From NCBI RefSeq assembly GCF_006345805.1, contig NC_042998.1, positions 4,650,001-4,714,000 of the forward strand: 64,000 nucleotides of DNA. The letters run 5' to 3'. Below the pieces are notes generated by a model. It saw nothing but the letters and a program-made list of their open reading frames with translations, was not told the origin of the DNA and did no database searches. The stretch's first letter is position 1. The number at the start of each line of letters is the position of its first letter. This document shows, one piece after another, positions 26,441-39,505 of the stretch. This DNA comes from Octopus sinensis. Its lineage: Eukaryota. Position numbers and translations under genes: made by a program.

Positions 26441-26869
26441 TAAGCAATAAGTGAAAGGATTCGTTAAAATGTAATAAAGTTATACACTCAGAAATATTCA
26501 CGTATGTATATATACATATGTCTATATGAATATGATTTTCCTTAGTATCAAATAAGGAATAATTGGTGCTTTGAATAGTTACCAACAATTGGAGACTTTG
26601 CGATTTTTAAAGATTGTAATAAAAATAAATATGAAATCTGTATATTCAGAACTCCGTCGTCCCACATTTATTTGGAATTCAAAACTTCCAATCCCAACTC
26701 ACCACCAACATATGCCAAGAATATTTAGCAATATCATCAATAGTGTAAACCGTAAGGCAAAAGAAAGTAGTTGTTTTTTTAACCAATAGCTGTATATGAG
26801 GTCGCTTTTGTAACTCCGGGGTCTAACAATATCTACCATAAAAGTAATTAAATAATAGTAAATAATTAA

Positions 26870-27125
26870 GTGTGGAGGCACATGGCTTAGTGGTTAGGGT
26901 GTCAGCTTCAAGATCGTAAGATTGTAGTTTCGATTGCTGGACCGGGTCACGCGTTGTTCTCTTGAGCAAAACACTTCATTTCACGTTGCTCCAGTCCACT
27001 CAGTTGGCAAAAATGAGTAACGCTGCGATGGACTGGCGTCCCATCCAGCTGGAGAACACACATGCCACGGAAACCGAGATACCGGGCCCATAAGCCTGGT
27101 TAGGCTTTAAAAGGGTACATTTAGT
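26870..27125 (+). mobile_element. tRNA-derived SINE
   Basis: ggaggcacatggcttagtggttaggg..ttgagcaaaacacttcatttcacgttgctccagtccactcag. Confidence 0.85.
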
Positions 27126-27389
27126 ATTATTATTTTTTAAATGATTAAGAAATCATAATTTCATGTACAGAATTTTCTAAACTGAGTAAATAAGTACTTG
27201 ATCTAGAAAAGAAAACTTAATTATTTCACACTTCGTTAGAAGATACGCTAAATAATCTTAACAAATCTTAACTAGTCTTATATGATCATAACAACTCGTA
27301 TCTAATGATAAAGTCATTAGTGAAAATATGTAAATTAATACATCCCTTTAATTTTGATTTAAAATTTCGGTACAAGTTTAGCGATTACG

Positions 27390-27570
27390 GAGGAGGGTAT
27401 AAGTCAATTACATCGACCCCAGTATTCAACTGGTACTTATTTTATCGACCCCGAAAGGTTCAAAATTAAAATGAACTTCGACGGAATGTGAACTCATGAA
27501 AGTAAAGACGGACGAAATACCGCTAAGCATTTCGTCCGGCATGCTAACGATTCTGCCAGCTCTCCGCCTT
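27390..27570 (-). mobile_element. tRNA-derived SINE (second family)
   Basis: Reverse complement aggcggagagctggcagaatcgttagcatgccggacg..gagttcacattccg..ggggtcgataaaataagtaccag. Same family as the copies at 59116-59695. Confidence 0.8.
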
Positions 27571-27639
27571 GCATCCATGCAACATTGAAAATCTCCTTTT
27601 AGTTTTAAAATTTACAAAACATTTCCAGAGCAAATATAT

Positions 27640-27960
27640 TTCGTCCCGACGTTTGTTAATCAAGTATAGTTACGTCGATAACAATCTGTAAACTTTGCGA
27701 AGTATCAGATATAACATAAAAGAATTTTAAATTGTTTGATTGATTAACAATACATTTACATGGGTTCTGTGAAATAAGTCTCTATTTTAAACAATCTATT
27801 TGGCGAGTGAATAACACAAGTATTTTATTTTGTGGATCTGATATTGTAGTCGATTGATAACAGACATATGCATACAATAAAGCGTGACCTAACTTTTATT
27901 AAGTCAAAATTGAACAAGGTGTGTCAGGAAAATGGTTTCCTTCGGAGATGTTAAACAATT
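27640..27960 (+). mobile_element. Possible Penelope-like reverse transcriptase relic
   Basis: YSYVDNNL (resembles RYIDD) and FVDLIL*SIDNRHMHTIKRDLTF (resembles FLDL.I...T.LYDKRDDFNF). Heavily eroded. Confidence 0.4.
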
Positions 27961-28154
27961 GCGTATTGATATGGGAAGATTCTTTAAATAACCGTTGATA
28001 TCAAACACAAGTATGAACATGTGAATGTTCAAAATAAAACTTATGTTCGCTGAATTATAGAGCTTCATATATTTCTAAAATTGTTCACACACAAACATTC
28101 TTATATATGTTTATATAAAACAGTGCTTAAATTCCGTACATATACATATCCTAA

Positions 28155-28157
<3 letters not shown>

Positions 28158-28220
<63 letters not shown>

Positions 28221-28229
28221 TACATATAC

Positions 28230-28307
<78 letters not shown>

Positions 28308-28316
28308 ATATATATC

Positions 28317-28347
<31 letters not shown>

Positions 28348-28433
28348 CACATTTTCAGAAAACAAAAGACGAAGAAGGATCAACAAGCAGGTGTATTACT
28401 TTGACGCTCGGAAGAATGGAAAAAATGAACACA

Positions 28434-28500
<67 letters not shown>
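28158..28500. repeat. Long (TA)n tract, representative of many in the window
   Basis: Similar TA/TG/TACA/TCTA tracts occur at about 9640, 16715, 17490, 19515, 29221, 30612, 36085, 38320, 42775, 46990, 55400, 56580 and 60587. Confidence 0.95.
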
Positions 28501-28508
<8 letters not shown>

Positions 28509-28887
28509 GTGTGTGTGTGTGTGAATATTCATGCCACGTTGCGTTGCACTGACATTTGTAATACATAACGCAGTACGACCAGTTGCATAGTTGAGTCGTC
28601 GATAACTAAAGAGGTGATACAACTACGGCTTCCTACTAAAGAAAGGAGGCTGTTGACATCCACCCTTTAAGGATGGAAAACAACAATTCTGAAAGTGCAG
28701 AGGAATTCAAGTAAATCAATGGTCTTCCATTTACATGACATACGTATATATATGCATGTGCGTTTATGTGTGTGTCTGTGTGTGCATGTATATATATATG
28801 TGTGTGTGTATATGTATATGTTTGTGTGTGTGAGTGTGTATGTAGGTGTATGCATTTATGTATATATGTACGTTGGACATATGTATG

Positions 28888-28922
<35 letters not shown>

Positions 28923-29218
28923 AAGGTTAACGTGTCTCTTAGTGACCTGATGGAAGATCTTCACAGACCATTGTAGTTGCTTCCGAGCCACCAGCGTTTA
29001 TGAACGAGAACGAAAATCCTTGCCATCAAAATCTTAGACTATTCCTGAACACGACGCAATACTATTCGGAATGTAGACCAGAAAGTTAGGCCAACCAGAT
29101 ACTTTCAATTGGTTTTGCAATCAGGAAGACAGCAGACATCCAATACATATTGCGCTTGCATAGTCATTGTCAGTTTGGTCGAGAAAGTGAGGTTACGTAC
29201 AGCACAAAACTATCTAAC

Positions 29219-29306
<88 letters not shown>

Positions 29307-29877
29307 TATATATATGATAGAAGGTTCAGAATTTATACTAGAACAAGGCCATCAGTTCACCATTAGAGCAAACTTCACCTGCGCATCAGAAAACTTAATT
29401 TACGTCATAACATGCGCAGGCTGCAATAGGCAGTATATAGGCCATACAAAAAATAGCTTACGTAACAGGATGGCGGTGCATAAATCACAAATTAGAAACC
29501 CTGAATACCGGAAAATACCGGTCAGCGGATACATAGATAGATGTGCTGGAAATGTAAATCCGAAATTTACAACTTACCCGCTTTATAAATTCAGTGACAA
29601 CGCAACCTTCACGCAACGCCAAAATAAAGAACTGTATTTCATCAAAAAATTTAGACCAAGTTTAAACACCCTGGGCCAGGAATAATAAAACAAAAGATTC
29701 GTCCTCCGAAAAGGAGAAGCGAAATTCCACCACGGCCGCTACCTTAAACAGTCACTCACACTGACGGAAATATGTCTTAGGGAAAAGGGAAAAAAATTAT
29801 AAAAAGATCTCTTCGAACAGATCTAATCCTGATGGACTGGCCACATACGATACAGCTAAGGGTCAGACCCGATTCTG

Positions 29878-30155
29878 ATTGGTCAAAACATTGATGACAT
29901 CTCGTTCTGCTGGACTGGCCACCTAACGGGATGATTGGTCAAAAGAGTGATGACGTCTCGTTACGCTGGACTGGCCACCTAACAGGATACAGACAAGGGG
30001 CAGATCTAATACAGCTATAGGTCGGACCCGATTCTGATTTGTCAAAATATTGATGACGTCCCGTTCTGCTTGACTAGCCACCTAACGAAACGATTGGTCA
30101 AAACGTTGATGACGTCTCGTTCCGCTGGACTGGCCACCTAACAGGTGATATAAAA
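29878..30155 (+). promoter_or_regulatory. Candidate PLE terminal-repeat promoter: four repeats of about 51 bp with inverted CCAAT and TGACGTC, then TATAAAA
   Basis: Unit gattggtcaaaacattgatgacgtctcgttctgctggactggccacctaac at about 29878, 29932, 30036 and 30092. TATAAAA lies at 30149-30155. Promoter function is inferred. Confidence 0.5.
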
Positions 30156-30465
30156 CCCAAACAATTCACAAGGTTCGCCAGAACTATCCGAGCGGACACC
30201 GACCAAAAGTCATCACAGTTGCTCAAGGTAAAATCTAAAATGAATTCCTCGCTTTTTCAAGAACATCAATTTTTTATATTGAATGCATATCACCACTATG
30301 AACTATTTTTTATATTGAATGCATATCGCCACTATGAACTACATCATACTCTTTAAACATATAGCATTAACTCACTTCACTATATATGAACTTTTGATGT
30401 CTGACTCATATATTGTATATGAATTTTTTATATTTGATAGCATGAACTATCTTTTTTATATATAA

Positions 30466-30515
30466 TTTTTTTTGATAAGGTTCATCATTTCAAGAACCGA
30501 AACATGTTAAATAAA
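30466..30515 (+). ncRNA. Minimal type-I hammerhead motif with U3-A8 core variant
   Basis: ttt TTGATAA GGTTC atcatttcaa GAACC GAAA C AT G T T AAA. Helix II is a perfect 5 bp, helix III is the palindrome ACATGT, the site is GUU, and helix I is weak and all A-U. Confidence 0.6.
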
Positions 30516-30611
30516 TAATGTATATATAAAAATAAAAAATTTGTCTAATATAGCAGCATTTTCGAACTTCATTTTTTACAAATATATACCCACTCGTATA
30601 CGAGCTAATCT

Positions 30612-30695
<84 letters not shown>

Positions 30696-30742
30696 ATATG
30701 TATTATATATACATACATATATATATATATACATAATACATA

Positions 30743-30777
<35 letters not shown>

Positions 30778-30945
30778 AAATATATATATATACATATATA
30801 TATACATACATATATACATATATACATATATATATATATATAAAGTTAATCCAAACATGAAAACACAAAGAGAAAACACAACAACGCGAGGACGTGGAAC
30901 AAATATAGTATTATTGGACGCTCAGGAAAGAAGGAAAGAAGGACA

Positions 30946-30980
30946 GTCTAACGTTTCGAGCGGAGCTCTTCGTCAGAAAC
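30946..30980 (-). ncRNA. Minimal type-I hammerhead motif (GUU) in a PLE-like fragment of about 205 bp (30843-31050) within (TA)n
   Basis: Reverse complement: GTTT CTGACGA A GAGC tcc GCTC GAAA C G T T AGAC. Helix III is the loopless palindrome AACGTT. Confidence 0.75.
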
Positions 30981-31047
30981 ATAGGAAAAGGAAAGATCCA
31001 TAGAAGGGAAGTCGGAGAAAAAAAATTGCCAGCGGTACACGCGCGGT

Positions 31048-31129
<82 letters not shown>

Positions 31130-31225
31130 CACAAAAAGGAAAAGAACATGAGATTTACGATTGAAATTTTAATCTATTAACATAATATTTTATTATTATA
31201 ATATAATATAAATATAAGTTTCATA

Positions 31226-31304
31226 ATCCTACAATTGCTTCGATTGAGACCCATTAATATATTTATAATAATTCATGTTTTGGAGTAAGAATCTCATCAG
31301 GGAA
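31226..31304 (-). ncRNA. Eroded type-I hammerhead motif (GUA site, A15.1 changed to G)
   Basis: Reverse complement: TCC CTGATGA GATT..AATC GAAG C AATT G T A GGA. Confidence 0.5.
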
Positions 31305-34208
31305 ATATTTGACAAAAATTACATTTGAGGAGTTTTAGATACTAGAAGAGACTGAACTAATCATTTTTATATTTGTAAGCGTGAGCGTCAATAAATTTTA
31401 AAATATAATAAACATATATAATAAAAGCAAAACAATCAAAATAAATAAAAAGTACATAAATTTAAACTAATATAATTGTCATAAAATATGTTTGTGTACT
31501 TTAAAAATTGTTTATCTAAATATATTTCTGCGAATTAGTTTTTAAAAATACAGAAACAATATGCTAAGAATTTATGGTGAAATAGGATAAATCTCCTTTT
31601 ATTCTTCCGTACTATAAGAAAAATGCATATTATTCAGACAATTTATTTAGAAAAATTCCTTAATCTCACTAGTATTATAATGCAAAAATAACTTATTATT
31701 CATGGCTAAATAGCAACAAAATTTATTTCAAATACTTTATCATCACTTGGCCAATACAAAATAATATTATAAATTACAACTTATTCATTATTTATTATTA
31801 TCCGTACTACAAATCAATCAACATTAAAAATTACGTAGTTATTTTATGAAAATATCTTTCGAAAAAAAAATCATAAATACATACAATATTATTATATAAT
31901 TATATTATTAAATGGAAATTTATTAAACTCATGTATATATGTGTGTGTATGTATGTGTGTGTGCCTGTGTGTTTGTCTGTATATTCACGCACGTTTGTAT
32001 AACAGTATAACAGTATAACACTATAACCGAGAGATGCGTTTAAGAAAACCAAATGCAAGCTTAGTAAATTTACAAGTATTCGCATCATAGCTTTGTGAAT
32101 GAAATTACATATATTCTTCACTGCTTCCAATGAACACTAATTTAATTATAGACCCCCTTCCGACTCATAAGTAATCAGAATCAATTACGTATCTCTGTAT
32201 TGATTAACTGCATGGTAATTTGCCAAAGGAAGGTGAGCTACTTTCAAAAAATTACAATGAATATTTACATTTAAATTGAAATTGTGTTGATATCCATTCT
32301 CTGCGTCAATAATTAATTTTCATTTTCAGACCTAACTTTAATATTATACCTAATTATATAAACTGACATTAACCTAACTCTAATGCATTAGTTTACAGAA
32401 TTTACTAACATTACTCGTAGTTAAGTGAATTATTGTGCAATAGATGTAACGACATATAGTGTTGTAGGAAGAGTTGAAGAATTACTTTAAACACTTTCAA
32501 ATGTACAATATTTATTAATATCAATCGATGTATCAACGTTTAAGGTTGGTTTTATAGGAACATTCTAATATATATATATATATGTATGTATGTATGTAAG
32601 TATGTATGTATGTATGTATGTATTTACCCGCATTAACTCTTATACATTTATACATGATATAAACATTATATATCCATGTATCCACACACGCACGCACACA
32701 CACACAGACATATATATATATGTGTATGTATTAATTAATTCTAACAAGGGAAAGTTTGACTGTAACTTTGAATATTCTGCATGCTCTGCTGACAAGTTAT
32801 CCTGCTGAAGTGAATAAACCTAAACTTCGAAGCCACTGTACAATTAATAAATATATACTCTATTAATAGATATTGAGCAAAAATTCATTTAACTTTTATT
32901 TATACATAGAAATTGACAAAAAAACATTAAACTATATACACGTGTGTAGATAGGTAGATTATTAGATATACATACATATAAATTAATATATAATTTTTCC
33001 CAAGATTTGAGAAGACTTATCTCCAAACCTGAAGATAACAACATTGATAATGTAGCATGTAATAGTTTTAACAATAATAATAAATCCAGAGCAATCCACG
33101 TGTATTCAATATCGTAGTCCCCGTCCCTTATTTTAATACAGTGAAACATGATCAAGAACAAAATGAGTAAGTATAGACTATATTGTCTGTCTAACCACTG
33201 CAAAGAAAAAAGAGAAAAGTGTTTCGGTTTGGAAAGTTGTTATTCATCAAAAAGTGAACCAAAGGGGAAGGTAAAAGCAGTTGGATTGAAGAAATTAAAA
33301 TATACTCGGTAATGATTATGTTTTACAAACTTGAGTTTTTCTTTAGATTTTCTGTTCTAAGCGACCAGCAGTTAGGCTTCGATACGGGAGAATTGATTTT
33401 CCTTCTATCCTTATTCTTGCAAGGTTCCACAAACAAGTCCAGTTAGTTTTAGTCAACAACTAAACGATAGACAATTTCTCACACAAAATCTTTCTTCTTA
33501 TGCCCTGTATCTACCCTGAAGACATTAGTATGTAAAAATCTGATAATACTGAATCACTGCAGATTACTTTGGCTGTGCACTCCATTATACGGACTTTGGT
33601 ATAACCCTACGTTTGCCTATCATTTTCGCATTCTCTTTTGTGTACGTAAAGGAATTTATTTCCGATACTCCCAATGAAAAATATAGTTATAAAGATAATA
33701 CAATTGCTCATCTTGAATAACCCTTACAGATTTTCTCATGAATATGCAACTTAAACGACTCTCTCAAGATATATTCAGCTTCTGAGAATCGACACATTGA
33801 ACAAATAACCAAATGGGGTATGTGATATAGAAAACGGGTTCGGATTATGTTACAAGAATACTACACATTTTCGGGATATTACATTATAGTTGTTGCTGCA
33901 AATAGTTTACTTCACGACGAGTCAAATGTAGGAGATATAAAGTTAGAGTTTCAGAGATTACATTGCTCGATGTATACATTTCTACTGAAGACGGTAGAGT
34001 ATGATTTCCGGAATCTATAGCTGTTATAATTAATATACAAAAACATTGCGTAAAAACACTCATCCATTCAAAACTTGTCATTGTAGAATTAGATTTACTC
34101 TTCCTAACTTTAAAAATATTTCAACACATTGGTTTCTATCCAACCGTCAACCGATATATATTATATATATTTATACACATACATCAATGTATGTATGCAT
34201 CTAAAATA

Positions 34209-35283
34209 TTAGGTTGTCAATAAAGTTCTTGCGGAATTTCCAATTTTGATTTTAAATAGTGTATTTTCAAAATAATTTTCGTTAAATCACTTTAAATTTA
34301 TGTATCAGTGTAAAGCCCATTTTTCGCTCTATCTAATCGTGTTGCTCTTTTTCTTTTTGAATAATTACTCCATTTTTTCCTGAATGTTGAATACAACATG
34401 GACAAAAAGCAAATTCGCACACTTTTTTTATTCCAGTTCAAGCTAGGCCGAAAAGCTGCTGAAACAGCTCGTGATATCAGCGATGCGTTTGACCCATGAA
34501 CCACTAATGAACGTACAGCACAATGGTGGTTCAAGAAATTTCGTAGCGGTGACGAGAGTCTCGAAGATGACAAGCGTAGTGGTCGGTCATCGGATGTTGA
34601 AAACGATCAACTAAGAGCCTTAGCCGAAGCCAATCCACGCACAACTGTTCGAGAGCTTGCTTCTGAAATAGGCATAACGTAATCGACAATTTCCAACCAC
34701 TTGAAAGAGATTGGAAAAGCAAAAATACTTGGAAAATGGGGCCGCACGAATTGAACGATAACAAAAAAAAATGCTGTTTTTAAGTGTCGTCTTCCCTTCA
34801 TTTACGAAAAAGAACGATTCGTTACTCGGCCGGATTGTGACTTGCGATGAAAAGTAGATTATTTACGACAACCGGCGATGCTCAGCTCACTGGTTGGACG
34901 CCGATGAAGCATCACGGCACTTCTTGAAGCCAAAGTTGGATCGAAAGAAAGTCATGGTGACTGGTTGGTGGTCTGCGGCTGGTCTCATCCATCACAGCTT
35001 TTTGCATCTAGGCGAAACCATTACGACAGGAAAGTACTGTCAGCATGTGGATGAAATGCATAAGAAACTCAGACAACAACAGCCGGCATTGGTCAATAGA
35101 AAAGGACCAATTCTTCTCCACGGCAACGCTCGGGCGCACGTCGCACAACTAACCCTACAGAAGTTGAACGAATTGGGATAAGAAACTCTGCCTCATCCAC
35201 CATACACACCAGACATCTCGCCTACCGACTACCACTTTTTCAAGCATCTCGAGAACTTCCTGCGTGAGACCTAACAACCTTAA
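34209..35283 (+). mobile_element. mariner (DD34D-type) transposon, pseudogenised and internally deleted near the 3' end
   Basis: TIR ttaggttgtcaataaag. From ATG 34398 the translation gives MDKKQIRTLFLFQFKLGRKAAETAR, WFKKFRSGDESLED, IVTCDEK, WWSAAGLIH, LHGNARAH and HPPYTPDISPTDYHFF. Stops and frameshifts are present. Confidence 0.92.
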
Positions 35284-36088
35284 ATAACCTCATATATTCC
35301 ACTGCTCAGTTAGGTATCAGGACGATACTGAAAAGGATCAACGATGTCAATAGAACTCCTAAGTAAAAAGTAGCAATACAAAAAAAATTACCGAATTTTT
35401 GCGAATAGCAACAACAAAAATACTAAAGCTGCTCATTATGGTAATAGCAAGAAAATACTTGCTAAGTGAAAAGTCAGTAAAAATTACCTAAATTTTGGCT
35501 TTAAAGTTCTATTACCACAGGTACTCCTACCGCCACGACCGCGACAACCACCACGACCACGACCACGACCACCACCGTCACAAGCAGCAACAACAACAAC
35601 AGCAATAAAGGAGTTGATAATGATGGTGAAGATAATTTAAATGTAAAAATCCCTGGGAAATGTTGTTTACAACATTTCTAAAAATAGCCGAACAATTATT
35701 GTTTTGACCAGGGTTAAAATACAGACCTCTTAACATGTTCAACAAAACCAAACACCAATCAACTTAAGAAATATAGTAAAATCACACACTGATTGGTCAG
35801 AATACAGTTTGCAAAATTTAACATTCTGGAGCCTATACAAATGTATTTAAGTAACACAGTTTAGCCATCTCGCCAGAGATGTAAATTTTAAAACATAACT
35901 GTCACCACTACACATAAACCTAAGGATTGCATAGTTAAATGCATGAAAGTACTAGTTCAATCAGAATTATCATTTAATATTCTATCATTTCATTATATAA
36001 TATTATTGCAAATAAAACGTGAAATTCAGACAGATGGAATTTCTTTGAGTAATATATAGTTCTATACACAATCATACCTACCCGTGTA

Positions 36089-36211
<123 letters not shown>

Positions 36212-36280
36212 GTGTGTGTATGTGTGTGTGTATATATATACATGCACATATATATGTGTGTGTGTGTGCGTGTGCATGCA

Positions 36281-37230
36281 TCATTATATATATAAAACTG
36301 AGAATGTGTGTCTGTCTGTCTGTGTGTTTCCCTACAACTTGAGAACTAATCAACCAATTTCATTCAAATTTTACACATGCCTTACTTAGGGTCCGTGGAG
36401 TGTTATCGACAAAACAATTTCAACTTTTTACCTAGGGCAAGCCCACAGCAATATAATGTCTTCTCCACTACGATTCCCTAAAACTTTACAACTACACAAC
36501 CAATTTCATTCAAATTTTACACATGCCTTACTTAGGGTCCATGTAGTTTCATGGGTAAAACAAAATGTTCAACTTTTTGCCTAGAGCGAGCTCATAGCAA
36601 TATCATATCTTCTCCACTATTTCAGTATTACGTGTTAAAAGTGAAACAAAAATATTTCTCTATTTTCTGTCAGATGCTTTCACGTTAACAATAAAAATAA
36701 TAATAACAATTGAATTATATGTAGTAAGTAATAACTAAAACCAAACTAAAGTATAATATAATCGTAACATAACAAAATTAAAAATAGTAATTGGTTTAAA
36801 ATTGCATCAATGATTTGAACTTGAGTAAGTGGTTTCACATGAATGGGAATAAATTAAAAATAAAATTATCGTGCAGAAATGGAATAGTCCAGATAGACAA
36901 TAAAAAATTAAATTAAAGAAAAGACTATTGTCTATAAAGTATACAATGTAGAGAAAAAAAGAAGACCTAACAATTCCAGTCTGTTATATATTTTGAGTAT
37001 TGTTATCATTAGCGATATCAAGATATAACTTTGTATTTTGCATTTTATGTGTAGATGTATATATATAGATGTACATGTAATACGTACACATACAGGTGGT
37101 ACTATTAAGTTAGACATGGCCTGGACCAATCTTTGGTCGAAACATATCTAAGTTTATCTAAGTTTATATATATACACATATATACATGCACTAGCACTAT
37201 GACCCGGCAACGACGGACCTTTAATGCTAG
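36281..37230 (+). mobile_element. Non-autonomous Helitron-like element with an internal tandem duplication of about 150 bp
   Basis: 5' a|TCattatatatataaaactgag with gtctgt repeats. caaccaatttcattcaaattttacacatgccttacttagggtcc occurs twice (about 36350 and 36497). A hairpin and CTAG|t at 37203-37231 may be its 3' end, but the link is uncertain. Confidence 0.55.
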
Positions 37231-38336
37231 TATATATATATATATTATAATTATTTGGCTACTCAGCATTAATCGTGAACATTCCAGCCCGTAGTAAAAT
37301 TCTTAGTAGACTGTCGAAATGGGATATGTTAAACACCCAAACACACATATATTTATACATATGTGTACACATAAATATGTATACAGATATTTGCATGTAT
37401 TTATTTACATTTCTTTCTATGTGATTGTGCTTGCTTGTGTATGTGTGTGTGTCTCCCGCGCGTATGTGTCTCTGTAATTGTACGGTGGTGTATATATACG
37501 TCTATGTGTATATGAAATGAAATATATTTCAAATTCTAACACTTTTTACACACACGTTTTTGTTGTTATTTCTCAATGTCTTTGCTATCTTCCTTCTCTA
37601 AATCTCTCTTCTGATCACATTATTATCGCCAGAAATTCAATTTCCTCTTATAAATTTTCTTCAACACTCCCGTCAGTAAAATCATTACAGAGCCATCATC
37701 TTGCTTTCCTCAAGATCCTTTTCTCCTTTCATTAATCTTTTAGAATTCATAACAGCATGACCAGGAACGCAAATTCCAACAACCTTAACAACAACATTAA
37801 TGATAATAATTAATAATAATAACGAGGAATAGGAGGATTATAATAATGATGCTGATAACAACAACAACAATATTAGCAATTAATGCTATATCAAATGCGC
37901 ACATACATACAACATGCACATATAAAAGCACACGCAGGCGCAGATACATGCAAACAATTGCACTGGTGTAGACGCAAATAAAAAATTTTTAGAGCATCAT
38001 TTCAATAGATGTAGTTACAACGAAGAAGCTAAGTATGTTCGTTTTAAATTGATTTTCAACCATCCTAAAAATGTTTACTCCGCGTTGTCAGATACAAAAA
38101 CTAAGACTATTTAATCCCATTTCAGCTTGTTTGCTCAGGGCTTGTTCCACCTCCTTGTTCCATCCTTTCATCCATCATGGAATCTAATAGCCATAGTATC
38201 TCTTTTACAAAGAAGCACGTGAATATATGTATGTGTGTATGTGTGTGTGAGTGGGTGGGTGTTTGTTTGTGTGAGAGTATGTATATACACGCTCACCCCC
38301 ACATAAATATCCTGTTTATATATCTATATATATAAG

Positions 38337-38433
<97 letters not shown>

Positions 38434-38513
38434 GCATATATACTTACACATAAATATACATACATATATATACATATGATATATGCGTATATGTATGCAT
38501 ATATATATACATA

Positions 38514-38554
<41 letters not shown>

Positions 38555-39146
38555 ACACATTCATATATACATACATATACATATATATACATATACATTA
38601 TATATATATATACATATAAGGAAGGAAGGAAAGAAGGAAGGAGAGAGAGAGAGAAATAGATGTATATGAGTGTGTATGTATATGCATACATATGCCTCTG
38701 TATGTATAACTGATTTCTGTCTATGTGTGCTCAAATGCGAGAGTTTACGTCTGATTGTCTTTCTTAGTGAGTGCTTTTGTACTGGCACTAGTGTGTGCGC
38801 GTATTTATTGCGAGTTTAAACTTCTTACAAGATACTTATGCATAAAAATATATATATATATACTTTTTTTTACTTGTTTCAGTCATTTGACTGCGACCAT
38901 GCTGGAGCACCGTTAGTATACCTTCCGTAGATTACCTCAAAATACAGTTAAGCAATTAGTGTTATGTAACTGACTTGCCTCCTTCCCCAAAATTTGCTGG
39001 ACCAGTACCAAAATTAGAACGAATTATTAGTGTTATTGTTATTACTACGAAAATACAAAACATTTAGAAAATGTGTAAAGAAAATATGGGTGAAGACGTG
39101 AAAATATATTAATGATAAAATTCATTCACTTCATCTGCAATGAAAA

Positions 39147-39147
39147 C

Positions 39148-39214
<67 letters not shown>

Positions 39215-39505
39215 CAGCAGCAGCAGCAGTAGCAGCAGCAGTTGTAGTAGTTGTAGTAGTAGCAGCAGAAGAAGAAGAAGAAGAAGAAGAAGGAGAAGAA
39301 AACTAGAAGAAGAAGAAGAAGACGACGAAGAAGAAGAAAAAGAAGAAGACGAAGAAGAAGAAGAAAAAAGAAAGAAGAAGGAGAAGAAGAAGAAGAAGAA
39401 GAAGAAGAAGAAGGAGAAGAAGAAGAAGAAGAAGAAGAAGAAGAAGAAGAAGAAGAAGGAGACGTAGAAGTAGTTGTAGTTGTAATAGTAGTAGCAACAA
39501 CAGCA
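39147..39505. repeat. Compound trinucleotide microsatellite (GTA)n(GCA)n(GAA)n(GTA/GTT)n
   Basis: Directly visible. It accounts for the poly-V/E/S/F/L ORFs in the track. Confidence 0.97.

Larger units (their letters stand above)
29314..30612 (+). mobile_element. 5'-truncated Penelope-like element: GIY-YIG endonuclease ORF plus 3' terminal repeat, embedded in (TA)n
   Basis: ORF 29314-29685 contains FTCASENLIYVITCAGCNRQYIGHTKNSLRNRMAVH..ELYFIKKF..LN (LIY-YIG with CxxC). It is followed by tandem repeats, a TATA box and an HHR. (TA)n lies on both sides. Confidence 0.9.

Noticed and set aside
29878-30142. Repeat-spacer-like pattern considered as a CRISPR array
   Set aside because: The spacers are themselves duplicated, the units are degenerate, the context is a eukaryotic PLE and there are no cas genes.
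33985-34025. CTGAAGA CGG..CCG GAAT CTATAG
   Set aside because: A15.1 and U16.1 are both absent and helix I does not form.
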